NCBI GenBank assembly: GCA_041740355.1
Contig: JBGSMD010000046.1
Location: forward strand, 102,546-166,545
DNA length: 64,000 nt
DNA from: Bdellovibrionota bacterium
GTDB taxonomy: Bacteria > Bdellovibrionota_C > UBA2361 > CALJRW01
Reading direction: 5' to 3'
Part shown: piece after piece, positions 28,109 through 36,935 of the stretch
Numbering within the stretch: position 1 is the first letter of the stretch
How the letters are laid out: every line of letters begins with the position of its first letter
Program-made: the position numbers and the translations under genes
Notes under the pieces: model-generated
Told to the model about the DNA's origin: nothing
Databases searched by the model: none
What the model saw: only the letters and a program-made list of their open reading frames with translations

Positions 28109-28669
28109 ATGAAGATTTCTAGAAAAAAAGGATTCACACTTATTGAGCTACTCACGACCATAGCAATTGTTGGAATCTTGGCGTCCATTTCCCTTGCTAT
28201 GTATAATAGTTATCGTGAAGTAGTTTACGATCTTGAATCTGAGCTTATCAGTGATGGAATTAAGAAAGCTTTGTTTAGCTTAACGGGCTTAGTTGATCAG
28301 ATGCCAACAAATGATGGAGGTAATACAACGCAAGTCGTGGGCGATAAGAGCTTCAATGGTAATAGTGTAAATTATACTTTAACTGGAGTTGGAGATCGGG
28401 ATGCAAAGGTTAGGCAAGTTTTAAATTCTGCTATTTGGCCTATTGTTGCCAAGCCCTATATTTCTATTTTTTTTATCTATCAACCTTCCGGCGATATTAC
28501 GCTAATCGATGTTCGTAATTGCAAGGGATCGGCGAGTAGTAGTGTTAGCATGTCCGGAGATGTAACAAATTCAAGATCGGGTTATTCATATTACCGAAAT
28601 GGTACAGTCGAAACTTCTCAAAAAGCTTCCGGTGCTTCCATAGCTTACTGTCAAGCACAGGGGTTTTAG
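28109..28669 (+). CDS. Type IV pilin-like protein
   Basis: Prepilin motif KKG|FTLIELL followed by a hydrophobic helix; C-terminal Cys pair. Confidence 0.88.
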   Translation: MKISRKKGFTLIELLTTIAIVGILASISLAMYNSYREVVYDLESELISDGIKKALFSLTGLVDQMPTNDGGNTTQVVGDKSFNGNSVNYTLTGVGDRDAKVRQVLNSAIWPIVAKPYISIFFIYQPSGDITLIDVRNCKGSASSSVSMSGDVTNSRSGYSYYRNGTVETSQKASGASIAYCQAQGF

Positions 28670-28671
28670 TG

Positions 28672-31230
28672 CTATTTGTTTTTAATTTGATCGGCTCTTA
28701 AGCTAAGTAAGTTCACGGCATCTTCTAAGGTTACTTCTTCAGGTGACTTATCTTTTGGAACTGAAGCATTTAACTTTCCATCAGTAACATAAGGTCCATA
28801 CTTACCATTTTTGATTTGTATTTTTTTATTACTTACAGGATGTGCGCCTAATTCTTTGAGAACACTAGCAACTGTTTGTCGACCCCGAGTTTTTGGAGTT
28901 CTTAGAATTTCAATAGCTTCGTCTAAACTGACTGTAACCGGAGAGTGATTAGCTAAGTTTAAACTGCGAGTCTCTGTTCCAGCTTTTAAGTATGGTCCAA
29001 AGCGACCATTGGCGGCAACAATTTCTTCGTTGTTATCAGGAAAAGTTCCAATCTTACGAGGCAAACTTAAAAGTCCAATGGCGTTATCTAAGGTAAGTTC
29101 TGCCGGAACTTGGTTTGTTAATAGTGAAGCCATCTTCGGTTTCGGATAGTCTTCTGTTTTTTCACCTAATTGAACATAAGGTCCGTAACGACCAGTTTTT
29201 AGAAAAACGGGTAAACCTGAATCAGGCTCTATTCCCAGAGACTCCGGTCCACGCTCGGCGGTAGCAATTAACTCTAAGGCTCTTTCCATTGTTAACTCAT
29301 CAGGAGCTAATTCTTCCGGAAGGGCGGCGCGAGTTTCGCCATTAGTTAAGAATGGTCCATAGCGTCCGATACGAACTTCTAATTTAACTCCATTGGTGTC
29401 ATGGCCAATCTCAAGTCCACAGACAATTCTTGGGTCAATTGTTTCTTCCCCTTTTTCAACTAAGGCTTTTAATCCTAAGTGGCCATTGCCATGGTAGAAA
29501 TTTGTGAGGTAAGTTAAACGATTACTTTTACCTAATGAGATTTCATCTAGATCGTCTTCTAGCTGGGCAGTAAAAGAATAATCAACTAAGTTTGTAAAAT
29601 AATTTTCCAACAATCCAACTAATGCTTGAGCTAGAAAACTTGGAACTAAAGCAGTTCCTTTTTTAAAAGCATAAGTTCTAGTTAGTACTAGATTCACAAC
29701 ACTTGCCCAAGTACTTGGACGTCCAATACCACGTTTTTCTAATTCTTTGATTAAACTACCTTCTGTGTATCTAGCAGGAGACTGAGTTTTATGCTCAAAA
29801 GTATCAAGTTTTTTTGTACTAAGTTGTTCGGCAACTTTAACTACTGGTAAGATTTTTTCCTGATCGGCAATTTCTGCTTCGGGATCATCACTGCCTTCAA
29901 CGTAAGCTCTTAGGAATCCTGGAAAAGTGATAGTTTTACCGGAAGCTTTAAAAAGAGCATCGCCAAGTTTAACACTAACTGATTGTCTGTCGCCTTCGGC
30001 ATCCTTCATTTGGCAAGCAAGCATCCGTTTCCAAATCATTTCATAAAGTTTGAACTCGTCTTCTCCCAAGGCCTTTTTAACATCTTGAGGATCAGCAAAG
30101 TTTGAGCCGGCGGGACGTATTGCTTCGTGAGCTTCCTGAGCATTTTTAACTTTAGTTTTGTATTCGCGAGGTGCCGTTGGTAAATATTCTTTACCAAATT
30201 CACTGGCTATGATTTTTCTGGCACCATCAATTGCTTCCGCAGATAAACTCGTAGAATCAGTTCTCATGTAAGTAATGTAACCATTCTCGTACAAAGTTTG
30301 CGCCAGTCGCATTGTGCGTTGCGCAGAAAACCTTAGTTTACGGTTAGCTTCCTGTTGAATAGTGCTAGTTGTAAATGGAGCGTAAGGTTTAGAAGTGTAA
30401 GGTTTGGTATCAACTTCACTAACTTCAGCAGTTTGTTTTTTTAATTCTACTTTTAATTTATCTGATTCTGCAGCATCTAATAAAAGAACTTTAGAGTTAG
30501 CTGCTAATTTACCATTGCCGGCATCAAAATCTTTCCCACTGGCAATTCGCTGACCTTTAAAGCTAAAAAGTTCAGCATCAAATTCTTGTTTGTCTTTAGC
30601 GAAAGTAGCTTTTAGATCCCAGTATGTTCCACTGCGGAAACTAATTCTTTCCCTTTCTCTCTCGACTAATAATCTTAAAACTACACTCTGGACTCGACCG
30701 GCACTAAGTCGCGGCGCCATTTTCTTCCAAAGTAGGGGGCTAACAGTGTATCCATAGAGACGATCCACTACTCGTCGAGTTTCTTGTGCTTCGACAAGAT
30801 GCATATCAACATCTCTTGGGGAATTAATAGCTGCTTGAATGGCGTCTTTGGTAATCTCGTGGAAAACCATCCGTTTAACAGGAACTTTAGGTTTAAGAAC
30901 CTCAAGTAGGTGCCAGCTGATTGATTCTCCCTCGCGGTCTTCATCCGTTGCTAGGTAAATTTCATCCGCGTTCTTAAGTAGGTCTTTTAATTCTTTAACG
31001 CGCTTCTTTTTTTCAGAGGAAACAATGTATAAGGGCTCGAAATCCTTATCTATATTGATGCCAAGTCGTGCCCAAGGCTCTTTTTTAACACTGGCCGGAA
31101 TCTCCTTAGCGCTATCTGGTAAGTCTCTGATGTGCCCATAAGAAGAGCAGACATCATAGCCTTTCCCCAGAAATTTACTGATAGTTTTAGCTTTGGTTGG
31201 AGATTCTACAATTATAAGTTTCTTGGACAT
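28672..31230 (-). CDS. topA: DNA topoisomerase I with C-terminal repeats
   Basis: LIIVESPTKAKTI, ATDEDREGE, SAGRVQS, ITYMRTDS, AQEAHEAIRP, repeated GRYGPY motifs. Confidence 0.98.
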   Translation of the reverse strand: MSKKLIIVESPTKAKTISKFLGKGYDVCSSYGHIRDLPDSAKEIPASVKKEPWARLGINIDKDFEPLYIVSSEKKKRVKELKDLLKNADEIYLATDEDREGESISWHLLEVLKPKVPVKRMVFHEITKDAIQAAINSPRDVDMHLVEAQETRRVVDRLYGYTVSPLLWKKMAPRLSAGRVQSVVLRLLVERERERISFRSGTYWDLKATFAKDKQEFDAELFSFKGQRIASGKDFDAGNGKLAANSKVLLLDAAESDKLKVELKKQTAEVSEVDTKPYTSKPYAPFTTSTIQQEANRKLRFSAQRTMRLAQTLYENGYITYMRTDSTSLSAEAIDGARKIIASEFGKEYLPTAPREYKTKVKNAQEAHEAIRPAGSNFADPQDVKKALGEDEFKLYEMIWKRMLACQMKDAEGDRQSVSVKLGDALFKASGKTITFPGFLRAYVEGSDDPEAEIADQEKILPVVKVAEQLSTKKLDTFEHKTQSPARYTEGSLIKELEKRGIGRPSTWASVVNLVLTRTYAFKKGTALVPSFLAQALVGLLENYFTNLVDYSFTAQLEDDLDEISLGKSNRLTYLTNFYHGNGHLGLKALVEKGEETIDPRIVCGLEIGHDTNGVKLEVRIGRYGPFLTNGETRAALPEELAPDELTMERALELIATAERGPESLGIEPDSGLPVFLKTGRYGPYVQLGEKTEDYPKPKMASLLTNQVPAELTLDNAIGLLSLPRKIGTFPDNNEEIVAANGRFGPYLKAGTETRSLNLANHSPVTVSLDEAIEILRTPKTRGRQTVASVLKELGAHPVSNKKIQIKNGKYGPYVTDGKLNASVPKDKSPEEVTLEDAVNLLSLRADQIKNK

Positions 31231-31474
31231 AAGGCTAGGATCTATATCACGAATTCAAGATTATTCAATAAACTAAAAAAATGAGTATTTTAAAGCTATT
31301 CTTGGGAGTTAATGAATTGTTCAGAGCCTAGATCGGAAAAAACAAAATTTAGTTTCCCTAAAACTGTAATTATTCCTGAATTTTTGCTACAAAAGGAGAG
31401 TCCGATAAGTAATCTTATCGCAGACCTATATATACTGTATAAATCTTTCAACAGGTTTCAGGACCAAGCAAATT

Positions 31475-31918
31475 ATGAAATTTAAAATAATATCCTTAGG
31501 AGCTCTTTTCCTAGCCTTTTTTGGTTTGTTAATAGTCCAAGGATTTAATGATGGAACTTCTTCTGTATATTTACCTTCAGAGTTAATGGCTAAAACCCAA
31601 GAGATGAAGAGGGTACGGGTTGCTGGTCGAGTAGCAGAAGGGGATGTTAATTATCAAGTTCAGCCACTATTTAAGCTTGATTTTCAAATTAAAGATCCTG
31701 ATGGAAAAAGTGCGGTAATTTTGCCTGTTTCCTATGCTGGGATTAAACCCGACATGTTTGCAGTAGGTCGAGATGTGATTATTGACGGTCAATATGTAAA
31801 TGGTGTTTTAATAGCGCAGCAATTATTAACTCAATGCCCATCTAAGTATGAACCACCTAAGCCAAAAGAAGCTGGTACTGCGACTTCTTCTCCTCTAACC
31901 CAAGCACAACAATATTAG
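31475..31918 (+). CDS. ccmE: Heme chaperone CcmE, Cys (CxxxY) variant
   Basis: N-terminal TM; YAGIKPDMF; LLTQCPSKY. Confidence 0.9.
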   Translation: MKFKIISLGALFLAFFGLLIVQGFNDGTSSVYLPSELMAKTQEMKRVRVAGRVAEGDVNYQVQPLFKLDFQIKDPDGKSAVILPVSYAGIKPDMFAVGRDVIIDGQYVNGVLIAQQLLTQCPSKYEPPKPKEAGTATSSPLTQAQQY

Positions 31919-31920
31919 TA

Positions 31921-33879
31921 ATGAATATTCTAGGACAAATTTTACTTTTCTCGGCATGGGCCTTAGCGCTACTTTGTTTTTTAGCAGGTGGTTTTTTTGG
32001 ATTCAAGCAAAATTATCAGAACAATACCTTACTACGAATGGGAACCATTTTGGTGGGGATCGTGGGCTTAGCATCTTTAGTGGTTCTTGGTGATTTATTC
32101 TTAACTGATGATTACACTAACCAGTATGTCTGGCAGCACTCTAACGCCGAGATGCCAAGTATCTATAAAATCACTGCAATTTGGGGAGGAATGGATGGGT
32201 CGATGTTACTTTGGGCTGTCCTAATTACTTTTTTCTCAGCAATGGTTGGACTTACTTCTTCTAATTATTCTCCACAGCTAATTCCCTATTTAGTTTGTGT
32301 TTTAAATTCTTCTGGTTTGTTTTTCTTAACAGTAGTTCTTTATTTCACAAATCCATTTAGATTTTTACAGGCTGGATTTATTCCCACTGTTGGTAATGGG
32401 CTTAATCCCTTGCTTCAAAATCCTTACATGGCAATTCACCCCCCAACGCTATATTTAGGTTTTACTGCTTTTGCTGTGCCTTATGCTTTTGCTTTAGCAA
32501 GTTTGCTAAGTGGCAAAATGGATAAAGAGTGGATTAAATATAGTTGTCGTTGGACATTAATCGCTTGGGGGTTTTTAACAGCAGGTATTACTCTTGGTGG
32601 TCATTGGGCATACTTAGAATTAGGTTGGGGCGGATTTTGGGCATGGGATCCCGTAGAAAATTCTTCATTTTTGCCTTGGTTGTTTGGCACAGCATATTTA
32701 CACTCCGTTATAGTTCAGGAAAAAAGAGGATTACTAAAAGTATGGAATGTATTTTTAATCACTGGAACTTACGGTTTAACAGTTTTTGGAACATTCTTAA
32801 CTCGCTCTGGAATCGTACAAAGCGTTCACTCCTTTGCTAAGACAAACATTGGACCAATCTTTTTAATATACCTAGGTCTTTTGCTTGCTGTCGCTGTTGT
32901 CTTAGTTATCTGGCGGCGTAAGGAATTACAACCTGAGAAGAAATTAGAAAGTATTTTTTCAAGAGAAGTTGTTTTTTTAATTAACAATTTAATCTTTGTC
33001 AGTATATGTTTCGCGACTTTTTGGGGAGTGATGTTCCCTGTGTTCTCCGAAGCATTAACTGGAACTAAACAAGCTATTGGCATTCCTTTTTTTAATGCGA
33101 TAAATGTTCCTTTGTTCCTTTTGATGATGTTTTTTATGGCACTGGGACCTTTGGTTGCTTGGAAAAAAGGAAATATTAAAAATTTTATTAGACAAGCACA
33201 ATTACCAATTATCTCAGCATTAGTACTGGCCATTATTCTTACTTGGGCGGGAGTGCCTAGCCCAACTGCGATATTGTCATACTCCCTATCACTTTTAATT
33301 ATCATGGCAATTATTAGTGAATATCACAAAACGGGTCGGCAATTTCAAAAATCAAAAAACACTAGTTATGTTCAAGGTGTGGCAACAGGATGGGCGGCTC
33401 ATCGTCGCAAGTCGGCCGGCTATTTGGTGCATATTGGCGTTGCTGTAGTTGCTATTGGGATTACTGCTTCGATGTCGGGAAAGATTGAGAAAGAATTTAG
33501 TTTGGCAATCGGAGAAAGTTTTCAGGTAGGTGGTTATCAATTAGAGCTTAATGAGCTAAAGGAAATCGACAACTCGAATTTTATTGGATTAAAGGGGATC
33601 GTAACGGCATATCGATCAGGAATGAAGTTACATGCAACTCTGCACCCTGAGCTTCGCCGCTATAAAAGAAATGGTGAAAGTACCACAGAAGTAGCTTTGA
33701 AAATGAGTTTAAAGAATGACCTCTACTTAATTCTAGCTGGTCTTAATGAAGCAGGAGATCGTGCTAGTTTTAAAGTTTACATTAATCCCTTGCAAGTTTG
33801 GCTGTGGTTTGGTGTACTGATTATGCTTTTTGGCACCTTAATAATCATTACCGATAAGAAACTAGCAATTAATGACTGA
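31921..33879 (+). CDS. ccmF: Cytochrome c heme lyase CcmF
   Basis: GLNPLLQ, IHPPTLYLG, WGGFWAWDPVEN, LTRSGIVQSVHSF. Confidence 0.96.
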   Translation: MNILGQILLFSAWALALLCFLAGGFFGFKQNYQNNTLLRMGTILVGIVGLASLVVLGDLFLTDDYTNQYVWQHSNAEMPSIYKITAIWGGMDGSMLLWAVLITFFSAMVGLTSSNYSPQLIPYLVCVLNSSGLFFLTVVLYFTNPFRFLQAGFIPTVGNGLNPLLQNPYMAIHPPTLYLGFTAFAVPYAFALASLLSGKMDKEWIKYSCRWTLIAWGFLTAGITLGGHWAYLELGWGGFWAWDPVENSSFLPWLFGTAYLHSVIVQEKRGLLKVWNVFLITGTYGLTVFGTFLTRSGIVQSVHSFAKTNIGPIFLIYLGLLLAVAVVLVIWRRKELQPEKKLESIFSREVVFLINNLIFVSICFATFWGVMFPVFSEALTGTKQAIGIPFFNAINVPLFLLMMFFMALGPLVAWKKGNIKNFIRQAQLPIISALVLAIILTWAGVPSPTAILSYSLSLLIIMAIISEYHKTGRQFQKSKNTSYVQGVATGWAAHRRKSAGYLVHIGVAVVAIGITASMSGKIEKEFSLAIGESFQVGGYQLELNELKEIDNSNFIGLKGIVTAYRSGMKLHATLHPELRRYKRNGESTTEVALKMSLKNDLYLILAGLNEAGDRASFKVYINPLQVWLWFGVLIMLFGTLIIITDKKLAIND

Positions 33880-34552
33880 ACAATTAATTCACTGCAGGAA
33901 TCTTGGCTATCAAATTGATCAGCATAAAATTCTTAATAATATTAATTACGAAATTCCAGTTGGAAAGTTCCAGATTATCCTCGGAGCAAATGGTGTTGGA
34001 AAAACGACACTATTAAAAGTCCTGGCCGGATTGCTCACAAAGACATCTGGGCAAGTCGAAAAACAAACAGACTTAGTTACTTCTTATCTTGGACATCAGT
34101 CACAACTGTACATGGATTTGAGTGTGCGACAGAATCTTAATTTCATAAGTGAATTTTTTGAAATAACTTTTAAGCAAGACGAATTGTTGCGTAAATGGGG
34201 ATTGTTAGATCAGGCAAAGTTACGACTGCGACACTTGTCTCAAGGTCAACTTAAACGACTTTCCTTGTTAGTAGCTTTAGAGATGAAAGCAAATCTTTAC
34301 ATACTTGATGAGCCCAGTAGCAATTTAGATCGGCTTGGTAAAGATTTGTTAGCGCAGGAAATAGCAAGGCTTAACAAGAATCCTAACATTAGTCTGATAA
34401 TAATTACTCATGAGCTGGGAGAGTATTTTGAGTTAGCTGATCAAATTTACTATCTGTCAGCAGATAGTTTTCAAATGATTTACAATAAATCAGCTGGTTT
34501 TCAGGAGCTTAGTGTGATTAATAATTTATATCTAAATCTTTTAAGATCATGA
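33872..34552 (+). CDS. ccmA: Heme-export ABC ATPase CcmA
   Basis: Walker A GANGVGKTT, YLGH, LSQGQ, LDEP; ccm context. Confidence 0.85.
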   Translation: MTEQLIHCRNLGYQIDQHKILNNINYEIPVGKFQIILGANGVGKTTLLKVLAGLLTKTSGQVEKQTDLVTSYLGHQSQLYMDLSVRQNLNFISEFFEITFKQDELLRKWGLLDQAKLRLRHLSQGQLKRLSLLVALEMKANLYILDEPSSNLDRLGKDLLAQEIARLNKNPNISLIIITHELGEYFELADQIYYLSADSFQMIYNKSAGFQELSVINNLYLNLLRS

Positions 34553-35226
34553 AACAGGTTCTAGCCTTAATTAAAAAGGATTGGCTGTTATTAATTAACA
34601 ACCCTAAGGATTTAATCCTGCATCTTTTACTTTCATTTATGCTGACAGTGATGATTGCCTTTGGAATTAATAGCTATATCCTTGATCGCAATATTTACCC
34701 CGAGCTAAGCTTAATATTCACAATGGTTGTGTTTGTTCTAACGGGAAGCATTCTGCTTAGTAAAAACTTGGAGGCGGAGATTGAGCAAGGGTCATTAAAT
34801 AATTTTATTGTAAGAAAAGTAGATTTAAGCCTGCTCTATTTATCAAAAGTGATTGTAAATTTCTTAACTTTAACTTTAGGCTTACTATTAAGCTTCTTGA
34901 TTCTTAGCTTATTGTTAAGTGTAACATTCATCAATCAGGCACATTTTTTATTATTGATAGCTTTGCTGGTTAGCTTTGCATACTCTGCCTTGTCAACTCT
35001 ACTTTCCGCGCTAACTTGTGGCTCAAAGTACCAAGCGCTATTGTTGCCATTGCTTTTAATCCCCTTAGTCTTTCCGATTTTTTTTGCTGGAATGGAATTA
35101 ACTTTTAATTTAATTCTAAACCAAGAATTCAGTTTTTTGAATAATTGGTTCACACTTTTATGTTTTTTAAATATTTTATACCTAGTTCTAGGTATAAATT
35201 TATATAGTGCTGCCCTAAAAAGCTAG
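34549..35226 (+). CDS. ccmB: Heme-export permease CcmB
   Basis: Six TMs; EIEQGSL and LLPLLLIPLVFP; 4-bp overlap with ccmA. Confidence 0.85.
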   Translation: MKQVLALIKKDWLLLINNPKDLILHLLLSFMLTVMIAFGINSYILDRNIYPELSLIFTMVVFVLTGSILLSKNLEAEIEQGSLNNFIVRKVDLSLLYLSKVIVNFLTLTLGLLLSFLILSLLLSVTFINQAHFLLLIALLVSFAYSALSTLLSALTCGSKYQALLLPLLLIPLVFPIFFAGMELTFNLILNQEFSFLNNWFTLLCFLNILYLVLGINLYSAALKS

Positions 35227-35243
35227 AGCTTTAGCTGAAAGCC

Positions 35244-36767
35244 TTAGAACTTCTCTTTCCATTGGATTCGGTAAACATCCTGACGTCGATCCAATAGATT
35301 TTTCACGCTACCATTGTTATGTAAGTCTTTAAGTAAGGTTAAATCAAGATCAGCAATGATCATTGATTCTGTATTGGGAGTTGCCTCGGCAATAATTGCG
35401 TCCGTTGGAAAAGCGAAATCGGAAGGTGAAAAAACTGCGGATGAGGCATAGTTAATATCCATGTTGGCAACTTTTGGAATATTACCAACACATCCGGCGA
35501 TTGCCACATAGCACTCGTTCTCAATGGCTCTAGCTTGAGAGCAATTTCTAACTCTTAGATAGCCATTTTTTGTATCTGTTTGAAAAGGTACAAAAATAAT
35601 TTGAACTCCTTGTTCCGCTAAAATCCGACTCAGCTCGGGAAATTCGATGTCATAACAAATCTGAATGGCGATTCGCCCAGCATCCGTATCAAAAACTGGA
35701 ATTGAATTTCCACCAACCATTCCCCAAGCCGATTTTTCCGAAGGAGTAATGTGAATTTTACGATAACTAGCAACTCGTCCATCGCGTCGACACAGATAAG
35801 AAACATTATAAAGTTTGCCACGTTCCACAAGTGGAAGTGTGCCAGTAATAATATTTACATTATAGCTAATTGCTAGTTCCGACATCTTCTCTTTGAATCT
35901 TGGGGTGTATGTCGCTAGCTTTCGAATCGCCTCGGCGTCATTTAGATGGTTATACTTGGCCATTAAGGGAGTATTGAAAAACTCGGGAAAGAGCAGAAAA
36001 TCTGATTTGTAGGAAGCAACTGCATCAGTAAAGAATTCAATTTGATCGAATATTTCCTGAATATCGTTAATCGGTCTAACCTGCCATTGCACTATTCCTA
36101 AACGAATTTTAGATTTAATTGTGAATAGGTTGGAATCTTGAGATTCATAATCTTGATTCTCCCATTTAAGTAGAACCGCTGTTCCGGCTGACTGGCGATC
36201 TTCTGGTAAATAGTTTTTAAGAACTTTTACAGGAATAAAACCATTGGAAAGTTGAAAGTTAAGAACGGTATCTTTTAGTTCTTTATTATTTACTTTATCT
36301 ACATAATCAAAAACAGACATTTGACTAGCATAAGGTTCGTAGTTTGGAATTCTTCCACCGAACATTATACTTTTTAAGTTATTCTGTTTACAAAGTTTTC
36401 TTCTCGCTTCGTAAAGCCGATGACCTAAGCGTAAATTACGATAATTAGGATGAACAAAAACTTCAATTCCGTAAAGCACATCTCCGTAATCGTTATGGCT
36501 ATCAAGTCTTTCGTTGTTAGTTATCTGGCGATAGGTGTGATCATCAGAAAATTCAGAATAATTAACAATTAGAGAAAGTGCTACGGCGATAGTCTTGCCC
36601 TCATAGTCAATACAAAGTTGCCCTTCAGGAAAGTCACGAAGTAAGCGGCGAATTGCTTTCTCTGTCCAAAAAGTTGTTCCTGAACTTCGGTAGGATTCTT
36701 TCCAAGACTCTTTCAAAGCAGTAAAATCAGCAACAGTAAGATTTCGTAGGGTAATTTTTAATGACAT
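35244..36767 (-). CDS. GNAT acetyltransferase / carbon-nitrogen hydrolase fusion
   Basis: FPEGQLC, VHPNYRNLRLG (GNAT); LFPEFF, YRKIHITP, ICYDIEFPE (nitrilase E-K-C triad). Confidence 0.92.
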   Translation of the reverse strand: MSLKITLRNLTVADFTALKESWKESYRSSGTTFWTEKAIRRLLRDFPEGQLCIDYEGKTIAVALSLIVNYSEFSDDHTYRQITNNERLDSHNDYGDVLYGIEVFVHPNYRNLRLGHRLYEARRKLCKQNNLKSIMFGGRIPNYEPYASQMSVFDYVDKVNNKELKDTVLNFQLSNGFIPVKVLKNYLPEDRQSAGTAVLLKWENQDYESQDSNLFTIKSKIRLGIVQWQVRPINDIQEIFDQIEFFTDAVASYKSDFLLFPEFFNTPLMAKYNHLNDAEAIRKLATYTPRFKEKMSELAISYNVNIITGTLPLVERGKLYNVSYLCRRDGRVASYRKIHITPSEKSAWGMVGGNSIPVFDTDAGRIAIQICYDIEFPELSRILAEQGVQIIFVPFQTDTKNGYLRVRNCSQARAIENECYVAIAGCVGNIPKVANMDINYASSAVFSPSDFAFPTDAIIAEATPNTESMIIADLDLTLLKDLHNNGSVKNLLDRRQDVYRIQWKEKF

Positions 36768-36840
36768 GCAAAAGTAGCATACATCAAAGATGCTAGTACT
36801 TCAAAGTCTAACTTCAAAAGCCCATTAGCATACTCCCTTT

Positions 36841-36879
36841 GCATCCTGTTGCGCGAAAGCTTCGGCAGACAAGAAATGC
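36841..36879 (-). repeat. REP-like GC-rich palindrome
   Basis: Reverse complement contains CTTGTCTGCCGAAGCTTTCGCG, similar to CTTGTCCGCCGTAGCTTTAGCG at 59683. Confidence 0.5.
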
Positions 36880-36935
36880 GCCGATAGTTTTTATGAGACT
36901 TATACGATTAAAGAGGCAATGAGCTAAATAATGAG

